DNA of 64,000 nt from an uncultured Planctomycetaceae bacterium (GTDB lineage: Bacteria; Planctomycetota; Planctomycetia; Planctomycetales; Planctomycetaceae), in assembly GCA_963815195.1 (NCBI GenBank), contig CAWFGE010000006.1:1-64000 (forward strand). Direction: 5' to 3'. The position numbers and the translations under genes were made by a program. Below, piece after piece: positions 55,071 through 64,000 of the stretch; position 1 is the first letter of the stretch; each line of letters opens with the position of its first letter. The notes beneath the pieces are model-generated. The model was not told the origin of the DNA. It saw only the letters and a list, made by a program, of their open reading frames with translations, and ran no database searches.

Positions 55071-56069
55071 TCATTCGGAAACTTTCTTGTAAGCGTCGAG
55101 CACGGCCTCGTGCAGAAAAGCGTTCGTGACGATCACGCCTTGGTTCATCGAAAGCTGCTCGCCTTGAGTGAAGTCCAACTCCCGGCCCTTCACATCGGTG
55201 ACCTTGCCGCCGGCTTCTTCCACCAACAGCACTCCGCCCGCGTGGTCCCAGATTTTTTCCTGATAACCCTTTTGGCTCGGCAGCCTCAAATAAATCTCCG
55301 CCTCGCCCCGCGCAACCGTGGCATACTTCGCCTGGCTGTCGAGACGCAGCGGCGGTTCCGTGATGCCCAGAATCGCCGCGATCTGCTGGGATCGGCTTTG
55401 GCTCGTGTGTCCCGATTCCACCGATTCGCATACCCGCGATTGGGAAGGCTCGCGGACATCCCGCACGCGAATTGGTTGCGGGTTATTCAAGTCGTCCGGC
55501 GAAACGACCCAAGCCCCGCCGCCTCGCTCGGCGTAAAACAAGGCTCCGCTCGAAGCCTTTTTCCGTGAAACCTGCCCGCCCGCGGGCGAGAGATTCGGAC
55601 AGCCCAACACGCCGACTTGGATTTTTCCTTCGATCAACAGCGCCAGCGAAATCGCGTATTGCTCGCCCCTTAAAAATCCCTTCGTGCCGTCGATGGGATC
55701 GAGTGTCCAAAACCGATGATGCGTCCCCTCGGCGCACCCGCGGTCGATCCAACCGCAAATGTCCTCCGTGCCGGCCAGAAGCCCCACGCCCGCGAGTTCT
55801 TCGCGAATCCGCTCCAAGAACACTTTCTGTTCCGGCCTCTGCAGGCCCTTCGAGTCCTCTTCGCCGATGATCGGATCGTCCGGAAACGCCCGGTCCAACT
55901 CCCGGCAGATCATCGCCTGGCTCGCGAAGTCGGCGACGGTCACCGGGCTTTTGTCGTCTTTTTCCAAGACCTCATCCGTGATGGCGAACTGCACGCCCCG
56001 GCAGACTTCCATCGCCCGCCGCACCGCCTCCACCGCGATCTTCCGCGCTCGTTCAAATTCCTGAGCCAT
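55071..56069 (-). CDS. 3'(2'),5'-bisphosphate nucleotidase (HAL2/CysQ-type inositol monophosphatase family)
   Basis: KDDKSPVTVADFASQ, IGEED, LDPIDGTKGFLRG, DSQAKY and EKIWDHA. Confidence 0.92.
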   Translation of the reverse strand: MAQEFERARKIAVEAVRRAMEVCRGVQFAITDEVLEKDDKSPVTVADFASQAMICRELDRAFPDDPIIGEEDSKGLQRPEQKVFLERIREELAGVGLLAGTEDICGWIDRGCAEGTHHRFWTLDPIDGTKGFLRGEQYAISLALLIEGKIQVGVLGCPNLSPAGGQVSRKKASSGALFYAERGGGAWVVSPDDLNNPQPIRVRDVREPSQSRVCESVESGHTSQSRSQQIAAILGITEPPLRLDSQAKYATVARGEAEIYLRLPSQKGYQEKIWDHAGGVLLVEEAGGKVTDVKGRELDFTQGEQLSMNQGVIVTNAFLHEAVLDAYKKVSE

Positions 56070-56244
56070 TGTGTGGACATGCCTTTGTGAGTGCCGCCGC
56101 TCTCGCGGTTCGGGTTTTGCTCGTTGAATGGGAATTTCCGCAAATTATCGTAAACTGAACCTCAGTTTTAGTGCATCGCGAGCCAACTTGCGACTGCAAT
56201 TTCAAAAATCGCCACGTTTCCATTTTTCTTGACCGGGGACTTCC

Positions 56245-57180
56245 ATGCACTCCGCCCAAAATGATGACCGATCCACCAACCGTCGGCAATTCCTCGCCGC
56301 CACGTCTTCCGCCGCCCTCGCCGCGGCCGCGATGTCTTTGCCCACTCAAGCAGTAGAGAAACCGCAAACGCCCCGGCTGAAAAAGGCCGTCAAGCTGGGC
56401 ATGGTCCGCGGGAACCTGTCGCTTCTCGAAAAGTTCAAACTGCTCAAAGAACTGGGCTTCGACGGCGTGGAAGGCGACAGCCCCAACAACCTCGATCCCA
56501 AGGAGGTTCTGAACGCCCGCGACAAAGCCGACCTGCCGATCCACGGCGTCGTGGATTCCGTGCATTGGCGGCAAACGCTTTCGCATCCCGATCCCGAGGT
56601 TCGAGCCAAAGGTTTGGAGGGCCTCAAAACCGCGCTCCGCGATGCCAAGACCTACGGGGCGACCTCGGTGCTGTTGGTGCCCGCCGTGGTCAATAAAGAG
56701 GTCTCCTACAAACAGGCCTACGAGCGTTCGCAGGCGGAGATCAAAAAAGCCCTGCCGTTGGCCGAGGAACTGAACATTCGGATCTTGTTCGAGAACGTCT
56801 GGAACAATTTTCTCTTAAGCCCGCTGGAGATGGCCCGCTACATCGATGAGTTCGACAGCCCGCTCGTCGGGTCCTATTTCGACGTGGGCAACGTCGTCAG
56901 GTTCGGCTGGCCGGAGCATTGGATCGAAGCCCTCGGCCACCGCATCGGCAAGCTGGACATCAAGGAATACAGCCGCAAGCTGCAAAACACCAAAGGCCCC
57001 GGAGCGGGTTTCGGCGTCAAGATCGGCGAAGGCGATTGCGACTGGCCCGCCGTGATGCGCGCCTTGGAAAACATCAAATACCGAGGCTGGGCCACCGCCG
57101 AGGTCCCAGGCGGCGGCCGCGACCGCCTGAAAGAAATCGCCGAGCGGATGGACAAAGCCTTCGGCGGATACGGCAAGTAA
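56245..57180 (+). CDS. Tat-exported sugar phosphate isomerase/epimerase (xylose isomerase-like TIM barrel)
   Basis: NRRQFL, ENVWNNFL, YFDVGN, DIKEY and WATAEV. Confidence 0.9.
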   Translation: MHSAQNDDRSTNRRQFLAATSSAALAAAAMSLPTQAVEKPQTPRLKKAVKLGMVRGNLSLLEKFKLLKELGFDGVEGDSPNNLDPKEVLNARDKADLPIHGVVDSVHWRQTLSHPDPEVRAKGLEGLKTALRDAKTYGATSVLLVPAVVNKEVSYKQAYERSQAEIKKALPLAEELNIRILFENVWNNFLLSPLEMARYIDEFDSPLVGSYFDVGNVVRFGWPEHWIEALGHRIGKLDIKEYSRKLQNTKGPGAGFGVKIGEGDCDWPAVMRALENIKYRGWATAEVPGGGRDRLKEIAERMDKAFGGYGK

Positions 57181-57302
57181 GTAAGACCTGTTTTTCCGAC
57201 CGAATGCGGTCAGATGAGGCTTCGATGGCCGGCAAAGCCAGTCCCACTTGAACTGAATTCTGCCTATCTTTGGTGGAAAGAATGGGTTGGAGCAATCCTG
57301 CG

Positions 57303-57956
57303 ATGCCAAAGAAATTGACGATTAGGGCACTCCAGCAGGAGGCAGGCGCATTCGCGGCGGTTGAGTCGTCACATCCTGAACCTTCATTATATGGAGTTAC
57401 GGACGGAAAAGCGGTCGGCACGTATTTTGAGCAAAAATTCCAAGCCTATCTAAAGCAGAAGTACAAATATGAGCAAGGAAGTTCCGCACGAGGCATCGAC
57501 TTTCCGGGTTTGGAAGTTGACGTGAAAGTCACGAGCATCACCCAGCCGCAATCGTCTTGCCTGTTCAAATCCGCTCGGCAGAAGATTTTCGGGTTGGGTT
57601 ACCATTTGCTGGTCTTTGTGTACGAGAAAACCGACGACCCGGCCACCACCACCGGAAGATTGGACATCAAGCACACGATCTTCGTCGAGAAGCAACGCAC
57701 CGCTGATTATCAAACCACGCGCGGTATTCGGGAGATTTTGGACCGTGATGGAAATGCCGACGATTTGATCGCATTTTTCCACGATCACAATTTGCCGGTC
57801 GATGACATTCAGGCGCGCGAGATTGCGGAAGAACTGCTCCAGTCGCCGCCGGAATTGGGGTTTCTTACAATTTCCAATGCCTTGCAATGGCGATTGCAAT
57901 ACGGACGTGTTATTACAGAAGCCGGCAAGGTGGATGGCATTCTTCCCATACCGTGA
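57303..57956 (+). CDS. Type II restriction endonuclease (NspV-like)
   Basis: LYGVTDGKAVGTYFE and GIDFP..VDVKVTS (PD-D/ExK), adjacent to a methyltransferase. Confidence 0.75.
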   Translation: MPKKLTIRALQQEAGAFAAVESSHPEPSLYGVTDGKAVGTYFEQKFQAYLKQKYKYEQGSSARGIDFPGLEVDVKVTSITQPQSSCLFKSARQKIFGLGYHLLVFVYEKTDDPATTTGRLDIKHTIFVEKQRTADYQTTRGIREILDRDGNADDLIAFFHDHNLPVDDIQAREIAEELLQSPPELGFLTISNALQWRLQYGRVITEAGKVDGILPIP

Positions 57957-57961
57957 TCTTT

Positions 57962-59443
57962 ATGACCCGCACGAAAACAAAACTCATCGCCGAGTTTGGC
58001 GATTTCCAGACGCCGCCCCCACTCGCGGAAGCGGTCTGTTCGCTCCTGGGCAAAAAGCAGGTCCGCCCCTTGACGGTGATCGAACCGACATGCGGCCGGG
58101 GAAATTTTCTAATTGCGGCCCAGAAAGAATTTCCAACCGCCCGGTTGATTGGTTTTGACATCAACGCGGATTATGTTCAAATCGCCCAACAACGATTGTC
58201 GGAGAGTTCCGTTTCGGTCGGAAATTTTTTTGATCTGGATTGGCGAAAACTATTGGACGACCTTTCCGAAGCATTCCTTCTCATTGGCAATCCCCCTTGG
58301 GTCACCAATTCGGAACTCGGCACTCTGGGAAGCAAGAATCTTCCGACTAAAAACAATTTTCAAAACTACCGCGGGCTGGATGCCCTCACCGGAAAAAGCA
58401 ATTTCGATATCTCGGAATGGATGTTATTGAAACTCATCGAATGGCTCTCCGGGCGAGAGGCCACTTTGGCGATGCTTTGCAAAACAGCCGTGGCTCGTAA
58501 GGTGCTCCTTCAAACGTGGAAGAGAAACATTCCCATCGGTTTGGCCGAGATCCATGCCATCGATGCGAACAAGCATTTCGCCGCCGCCGTCGATGCTTGC
58601 CTTTTGCTCTGCCGGTTTTCACCGAACGAGCACGAGAAACTTTGCCGGGTTTATCAATCGCTCGGCTCAATGCCCAAGGGAACGTTAGGCTATCACGAAG
58701 GCCGGCTGTTGGCGGACATCCGGGCTTATGATGGGCTAAAACATCTCGAAGGCGAGAGCCTTTACCGCTGGCGCTCCGGGGTGAAGCACGATTGCCGAAA
58801 CGTGATGGAGTTTCAAAAGAAGGATGGCCGGCTCATCAATGGTTTTGGCGAGGCGGTCGATCTAGAAGAACGTTATCTGTTTCCGATGCTCAAAAGTTCG
58901 GAACTGGCCAATGGAAAAACGGACAGCCCGCAGCGGTGGATGCTGGTCACGCAGAGGTTGGTGGGCGAAGAGACAAAAGGCATCGAACACGAAGCTCCGA
59001 AAACGTGGAAGTATCTCAATTCTCATGCCGAATTGCTCGATGGGCGAAAAAGCACCATCTATCGAAGCCGGCCGCGTTTCTCCGTGTTCGGCGTCGGCAA
59101 ATACACCTTCGCTTCTTGGAAAGTCGCCATCTCCGGGTTTTACAAACGTCTGGCGTTCACGAAAGTCGGCTCGTTTCAAGACAAACCGATCCTTCTGGAC
59201 GATACGGCTTACTTTGTGGATTGTCACTCGGAATTCGAAGCAGACCTGGTTTGCTCTCTGCTCAATTCAGACCTCGCAAGGCGCTTTTATTCAGCTTTTA
59301 TTTTTTGGGATGCCAAACGCCCCATTACGGTTTCGACGCTCAATCTGCTGGACATTCGAAAGCTGGCCGAGACTCAAGACCGGTTCGAAGAACTCAAAGC
59401 CTGCCGCGCGGATTTGTTCCAAGGCCAGTTGAGCTTGTTTTAA
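57962..59443 (+). CDS. Amino-methyltransferase (probable N6-adenine, gamma class), M.NspV-like
   Basis: GDFQTP, IEPTCGRGNF (motif I) and GNPPW (motif IV). Confidence 0.88.
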   Translation: MTRTKTKLIAEFGDFQTPPPLAEAVCSLLGKKQVRPLTVIEPTCGRGNFLIAAQKEFPTARLIGFDINADYVQIAQQRLSESSVSVGNFFDLDWRKLLDDLSEAFLLIGNPPWVTNSELGTLGSKNLPTKNNFQNYRGLDALTGKSNFDISEWMLLKLIEWLSGREATLAMLCKTAVARKVLLQTWKRNIPIGLAEIHAIDANKHFAAAVDACLLLCRFSPNEHEKLCRVYQSLGSMPKGTLGYHEGRLLADIRAYDGLKHLEGESLYRWRSGVKHDCRNVMEFQKKDGRLINGFGEAVDLEERYLFPMLKSSELANGKTDSPQRWMLVTQRLVGEETKGIEHEAPKTWKYLNSHAELLDGRKSTIYRSRPRFSVFGVGKYTFASWKVAISGFYKRLAFTKVGSFQDKPILLDDTAYFVDCHSEFEADLVCSLLNSDLARRFYSAFIFWDAKRPITVSTLNLLDIRKLAETQDRFEELKACRADLFQGQLSLF

Positions 59444-59458
59444 CTCTCGTGGGGTGCG

Positions 59459-60121
59459 TTAAACGCCGCCCCAGCGCACCTTCTCGACGCCTTCCTCCAG
59501 CCAGGACATATACCAACCCGAGAACGTCTGCTGACCTCCCAACTCATCAACGACCGGCAGAATGCCTCGGCCATCTGCTCGATAATCGTTCCATACAAAT
59601 CCCTTTTGTTCGCCGTTGACGATGAGCCACTGCCGAAGGGCGCAACCCATGTGGCAGATCGGAATGGCTCCGTTCATGATCGCCGGGTTCCAGTATTGCT
59701 CCTGCTCCACATTGTCCCACGCATCCCAGAGTCGCTGTTCCTCGTCAGCGGGAAGACCCGGAGGGATGTCAGGCTCCTGTTCCCAGAACGACTTCGGCAG
59801 ATTCCACGCCGCGACATGCGAAAACGGCTGGGAAACGTCTCCAATCAGACCACTTTCTTCCCACAGCCCGTCATCGTCATGTCCGAATGGGAAAAGGCCG
59901 TAGTACGGCCCTGCGCCGCCATTGCCGATCTCCGTCACGAAACAGCGATAGTCGTCGGGAATCGTGATTCCATATCGAGCCTCAAATTCGTCGATGACGG
60001 AAGAGGGAAGTGGAGAATTCAGGTCGTAACGGTGCGCCGCAGAGCCGAAGACGCGGTGTTTGCGGTCCTTTCGCTTCAAGTCCGACAGAAGACGAACGAC
60101 GGTCGCATTCTCGAGATTCAT
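59459..60121 (-). CDS. SMI1/KNR4 (SUKH) immunity-type protein
   Basis: FEARYGITIPDDYRCFVTEIGNGGAGPYYGL, ICHMGC, GFVW and FSGWYMSWL. Confidence 0.88.
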   Translation of the reverse strand: MNLENATVVRLLSDLKRKDRKHRVFGSAAHRYDLNSPLPSSVIDEFEARYGITIPDDYRCFVTEIGNGGAGPYYGLFPFGHDDDGLWEESGLIGDVSQPFSHVAAWNLPKSFWEQEPDIPPGLPADEEQRLWDAWDNVEQEQYWNPAIMNGAIPICHMGCALRQWLIVNGEQKGFVWNDYRADGRGILPVVDELGGQQTFSGWYMSWLEEGVEKVRWGGV

Positions 60122-60321
60122 GTTAATAGGTTCCGTCGGCTGGACAAAGAAACTTGAAGGAAAAATTCAATCCCGAAGCCACCATTCAATGACTGAGTTA
60201 ACAACCAAGGAGCGAAAGCGCTCGACCAACAGGTTCTAAGCAATCAAGATGAGAAGCAGCGAGATCACACTTCCCGCAAGCAACACAAAGAGGTTGCAGA
60301 TTTCGCACAGCAGTCGGGAGT

Positions 60322-60642
60322 TTATTCGCTTTCAGCGAAATGTTTGCGAATGATGCTGGCCAGTTCGACGAAACTCACGTTATGAAACGAACCTGCGTCT
60401 TGATAGATCTGGTCTTCTTCACCGGGTAGCGGAGGAAGTTCCAACTCGACATCATAAATACATTCAGGTTGATTGGAGACGCTGATATATACCAAGACTC
60501 CATGATTGGAAGGTTTTCCAATTCCAATTGCATCGAGGTCCGCGTCCCAATGATCGACAATATCAAAGGCATCATGCCCCAGATATTTTTGGAGACGATC
60601 GATAACTTCATATATCAACGGATTTTTTTCTGAAGACAGCAT
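60322..60642 (-). CDS. Hypothetical protein, lower GC, immunity-protein-like
   Basis: MLSSEKNP...IVDHWDADLDAIG...LVYIS. It is fused to the ECF only through a frameshift in the ORF track. Confidence 0.55.
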   Translation of the reverse strand: MLSSEKNPLIYEVIDRLQKYLGHDAFDIVDHWDADLDAIGIGKPSNHGVLVYISVSNQPECIYDVELELPPLPGEEDQIYQDAGSFHNVSFVELASIIRKHFAESE

Positions 60643-60658
60643 GTCAATACGACTTCCG

Positions 60659-61299
60659 TTAGCTTTCCGACGCCTCTCCCAAGATTGCGCCAGCTTTTTC
60701 AAAGCCCGCAGGTGCCGCATGCCGGCGGCGGCGGGGGTGATGTTTAATGCGGTGGCGACTTCGCTGTTGCCCAGGTGTTCGTAGTGCCGCATGAGGAGGA
60801 TGTCGCGGTCGTCTTCGTCGAGCTCGGCGAGGGCGGCGAGGAACCGCTGTTCGAGTTCTTTGCGGATATTGAGGGCGGCGGGGGTCAGCTCGCCGTCGGG
60901 CAGTTGGCCGGCCCAATCGAAGCCCGAGGCGTCGGGACCGGGCGGGGCCTGCAAAGGATTCTCCCGGTCCACGCTGCGGCGCTGGGCGGCGCGATGCCTG
61001 CGGTGCATGTCGATCATGCGGTCTTTGGCGAGCTGGCGGAGCCAGAGATGGAACGGCAGCGACGGTTGTTTGATGTAATCCTCGAGCCGCCGGCTGGCTT
61101 CCCAGAGCACGTCCTGCACCACGTCGCTCGCATCCACGCGGCCGGCGATCGCCCGGTCCATCCGCATGTTGACCATCTGCCTAAGCGATTCGCGGTGCCG
61201 GTCCATCAAGTTGTTGATGGCCGCGGCATCGCCTTCCTCGGCCCGGCGGAGCAGTTCCTGCGTTTCTTGAGAATCCGGCCACATGGCATGGGCTGACAT
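60659..61299 (-). CDS. ECF sigma-70 factor (frameshift ~60690 near the C-terminus)
   Basis: RVDASDVVQD, FHLWLRQLA, DRDILLMRHYEHL and RHLRALKKL. The tail AILGEASES* lies in the adjacent frame. Confidence 0.9.
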
Positions 61300-61494
61300 C
61301 AATAGAGGAAAGCGATTTCAAAAACGGCTGAGCCGCGCACGAAGTCAGCGGTGTTGCGATCTTTGAATCGTTAAAGAACCGCTGACTTCGTGCGCGGCTC
61401 AAGAAAACCGGTTCGATTATACGGTCGCGAAACGCTCCGTGCAGCGCAAATCTTTGACGGGCGTATGGAACCGCCGCTATCAGCGATCGGCGCT

Positions 61495-61982
61495 TCACAA
61501 TTCCTTCGGCCGCCAGAGGTGGAGGAGTTGGCCATTTGTGTTGAGGCGGAGGTCGTGCCAGTGTTCGATCGGCAGTTCCACTTCGGCGAGGGCCGCGGTG
61601 GAGAGGTGCTGGACTTCGCCGGTGAGTTTTGCGAGCAGATCCTCAAGGCCGGGGTTGTGGCCGACAGCCAGTACGCGGTTTGCGGCATCGGGGACTTGCT
61701 TGAGGGCGTGGAGGTAATTCTCGGGATCCCCCAGGTACAGTTCCGGCGGAAACTCGATGTCGCCGCGAAAGCCGGCTTCTTCCATCGCGGCTTCCGCGGT
61801 CGTTCGCGGCGGAGGGCCGGAGACGAGAGCACGGCATCGGGCTGCAGATCTTGCTCCGAGATCAACCGGCCCATCCGCGGAGCGTCCTGTTGGCCGCGCT
61901 TGTTGAGCGGCCGGTCGTAGTCGGCGAGCGTCTCGTCTTTCCAACTCGATTTGGCGTGCCTCAACAGGAGCAGCGTTTTCAT
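61495..61982 (-). CDS. sixA: SixA-like histidine phosphatase (frameshift ~61810)
   Basis: MKTLLLLRHAKSSW...DRPLNKRG, SSPALR and VGHNPGLE. Confidence 0.85.
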
Positions 61983-62174
61983 GGAACGAGTCCGGCGATT
62001 GGAGTTTGCGGGTTGTGCGGATTTTGGGGACGCTTTCTTTTCGGGAGGCTTTGGGGCGTCGGCGGTGACGATATTTCCGATAACACCGCCATCAACCGGT
62101 TTGATGGATCCGCACATTCGAGCGGGGGGCCACGGAGGTTCCCCTCGGGCAACTTCTACAGGGATGAATCGGTT

Positions 62175-62699
62175 ATGTCCAGTCGTTTGACAGGATTGTA
62201 TTTGAGCGTTTGGGTTGCGGGCTTTTGTGCGCTGGCCAATCCCGCGAAGGCGGGGGACCTCTGGTGCAGACTTCGCAACTCCTGCGAATCGTGCAAGTGC
62301 GAAACACCTCATAAGATTTTCGGGAACAAAGCCGAGATCGATCCCCGCGAAACTTGCCCGCTCACGCTCGAAGAGCGATTCCAGCGGGCGGGGAATCCCT
62401 TGTGCCTTTCGCCGCTGGCCGACTGGTCGAACACCGTGCAGGATTGGGGCTATTCTGTGGGCGGCGGCAATCCGTTCACGTGCTGCGGCCGATGCCTGGC
62501 GGGCGAACGGCGGTTCACGAGTTGCGAAGGGACCTGGGGTTGGGATTACGTGCCCTGCTGGTCTCGCGTCAGGCTTCGCTGGTGGCATGGCCGCAGGTAT
62601 CAGGACGGCGAAGGCCAATACGAAGCCAATGGGGTGGTGGAACCCTTCAGCCCGACCCACGGCCCCAAGGGAATCATCATGAACGGGCTGATTCATTAA
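62175..62699 (+). CDS. Secreted Cys/Trp-rich hypothetical protein
   Basis: Signal peptide ending AKA, RAGNPLC, EGTWGWDY and WWHGRRYQDGEGQY. Confidence 0.6.
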   Translation: MSSRLTGLYLSVWVAGFCALANPAKAGDLWCRLRNSCESCKCETPHKIFGNKAEIDPRETCPLTLEERFQRAGNPLCLSPLADWSNTVQDWGYSVGGGNPFTCCGRCLAGERRFTSCEGTWGWDYVPCWSRVRLRWWHGRRYQDGEGQYEANGVVEPFSPTHGPKGIIMNGLIH

Positions 62700-62772
62700 A
62701 AACGCCCGGCAAACGGTGGCGCGCACAAAGGCGGCCCAGAGATTCCTGTCTGTGCGCTATATCTGTGCCCAT

Positions 62773-62979
62773 TCACCGAGGGCGATTATTGCGGCGTTCG
62801 AGGCGGAGCCAATCGCTCCGCAGCGTCGATGAGGCATTCGGCTCGGGGATTGAATCTTTTTCAAACGCCGGCGGGCTAGGTTTCGGTCGAGACGCAGGCC
62901 GTGCGCAGGCGGCCCGGCCGCGGTCGATCAGCCAAGCCCCGCCCGCAATCACGATCACGATCAGCAGAAGATCAAACAC
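62773..62979 (-). CDS. Small membrane-anchored hypothetical protein
   Basis: N-terminal TM helix LLLIVIVIAGGAWLI, starting 5 nt after the vWA stop. Confidence 0.4.
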   Translation of the reverse strand: MFDLLLIVIVIAGGAWLIDRGRAACARPASRPKPSPPAFEKDSIPEPNASSTLRSDWLRLERRNNRPR

Positions 62980-62984
62980 CCAGG

Positions 62985-63635
62985 TTATTCCATCGATTCT
63001 TTGCGCTGCTCTTCGTCAAACTCGTAGGCTTCGTAGGCTTCTGCCAACGGCGTCTCGGCCTGGAGCATCTTGCGGCATTTGAGCATGTTGCCCGACATCG
63101 CTTTGTACGCGGCCTGCGTGCCCTGCGACGTTTTGGCCATCTGCAGAGCAAAGCCCGCACTCATCCCCAAACCGCCGGCTTCGGCGAACGCGTCCACGTC
63201 GGCCCCCAGGTACAAAAACTTCCAGCCGCGCGTGGTTTCGTATTCGCGGATCATCTGTTGAATCTGCTCGCGGCGATACTCCCGACTCGCGTTCTCCTGG
63301 CCGTCGGTGATAATCATCACCACCACCTGATCGGGCCGGCCGTCTTTTAATCGCTCGGCAACGTGCGCGATGGAAAGCCCGACGGCATCGAGCAGAGGCG
63401 TCCCGCCGCGGGGGATCAGTTTGAGGTCCTTCGCCTCGGCAATCGCCACGCCGTCGTACAGGATTTCGCAAGGCTGGACCGTGTCGAATTGGATCAGCGT
63501 AAACCGCACGTCGCCGGGGAGTTGCTGCTGGTCTTCGACAAAACTCTTGAGGCCGCCTTCGTGGTCGTCCTTGCCGTGCTGCATCGAGCCGCTGCGGTCC
63601 AAGAGCACCACAATTTCCGTGTAATCGTGTTTCAT
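62985..63635 (-). CDS. von Willebrand factor type A domain protein
   Basis: MIDAS motif LDRSGSM, GGTPLLDA and ITDGQENAS. GAAGGGAG RBS. Confidence 0.9.
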   Translation of the reverse strand: MKHDYTEIVVLLDRSGSMQHGKDDHEGGLKSFVEDQQQLPGDVRFTLIQFDTVQPCEILYDGVAIAEAKDLKLIPRGGTPLLDAVGLSIAHVAERLKDGRPDQVVVMIITDGQENASREYRREQIQQMIREYETTRGWKFLYLGADVDAFAEAGGLGMSAGFALQMAKTSQGTQAAYKAMSGNMLKCRKMLQAETPLAEAYEAYEFDEEQRKESME

Positions 63636-63787
63636 GCGAATCTCCCTTCGTTCGATGTCTCGCGGTTGAGGTGGGGCGTTTTATCTATTTACGGTGGCAG
63701 ATACCGTTTTTTTCAGCCATCGCACAAAAACATCGCCAAACTGCCCGATCAGGCGACACGCGATCGAAAACCAAAAACGGAACCCAT

Positions 63788-64000
63788 CTACGTTTCTTCT
63801 TGTTTGGCATCGTCCCGCAAACGGCGGTGGGAGCCTTGGGCCTTTGTCAGAGATTCCAGCACGTCTAACGAAAGCTCTTCCTGCCGGGTCCCCACGCGGA
63901 GGGCTTCGATGACGCGTTCGTATTGGCGATTCAGATTCTTCTGGTAGTCTTCATCGTCTTTCGAAACCTTGGCATCGACCGCGTAGCGGATGAACTGGTT
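63788..64000 (-). CDS. C-terminal part of a gene running off the window
   Basis: Open frame NQFIRYAVDAKVSKDDEDYQKNLNRQYERVIEALRVG...DAKQEET*. Confidence 0.5.
   Translation of the reverse strand, partial: NQFIRYAVDAKVSKDDEDYQKNLNRQYERVIEALRVGTRQEELSLDVLESLTKAQGSHRRLRDDAKQEET

Noticed and set aside
60322..61302. Apparent ECF fusion to a novel C-terminal domain
   Set aside because: A 1-nt indel at ~60690 explains it. The normal ECF tail and stop lie in the adjacent frame and the second part has its own ATG.

Overview
This is GC-rich bacterial DNA with a Planctomycetota signature: two DUF1559 prepilin-like proteins, DUF1501, two sulfatases and ECF sigma/Ser-Thr kinase genes. The left ~12.9 kb is a mosaic mobile region abutting the 3' end of a tRNA-Asn(GTT) gene. 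It contains two inverted, near-identical IS3-family copies around an IS21 remnant, a truncated aldo-keto reductase, a macrodomain gene, an MNT antitoxin with a collapsed HEPN-like partner, a lipoprotein, a large serine recombinase and a MenAT1-like toxin-antitoxin pair. These cargo blocks are separated by a reiterated att-like element (two ~305-bp copies plus a ~50-bp partial copy) and a degenerate tRNA-Asn fragment. The rest is mostly core chromosome (lpxK, glgC, metY-like, ROK kinase, glycosyltransferases, aldehyde dehydrogenase, GGDEF). It also holds a membrane Ser/Thr kinase followed by a TIR-FHA fusion, an unannotated 6S-like structured RNA, REP/MITE-like palindromes, CsrA-type and Fur-like operator candidates, and a lower-GC block with a type II R-M system and orphan immunity-type genes. 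About 15 genes carry single-base frameshifts, including lpxK, which most likely reflects long-read or assembly indels rather than true pseudogenes. All assignments come from motif recognition by eye; no database search was run.
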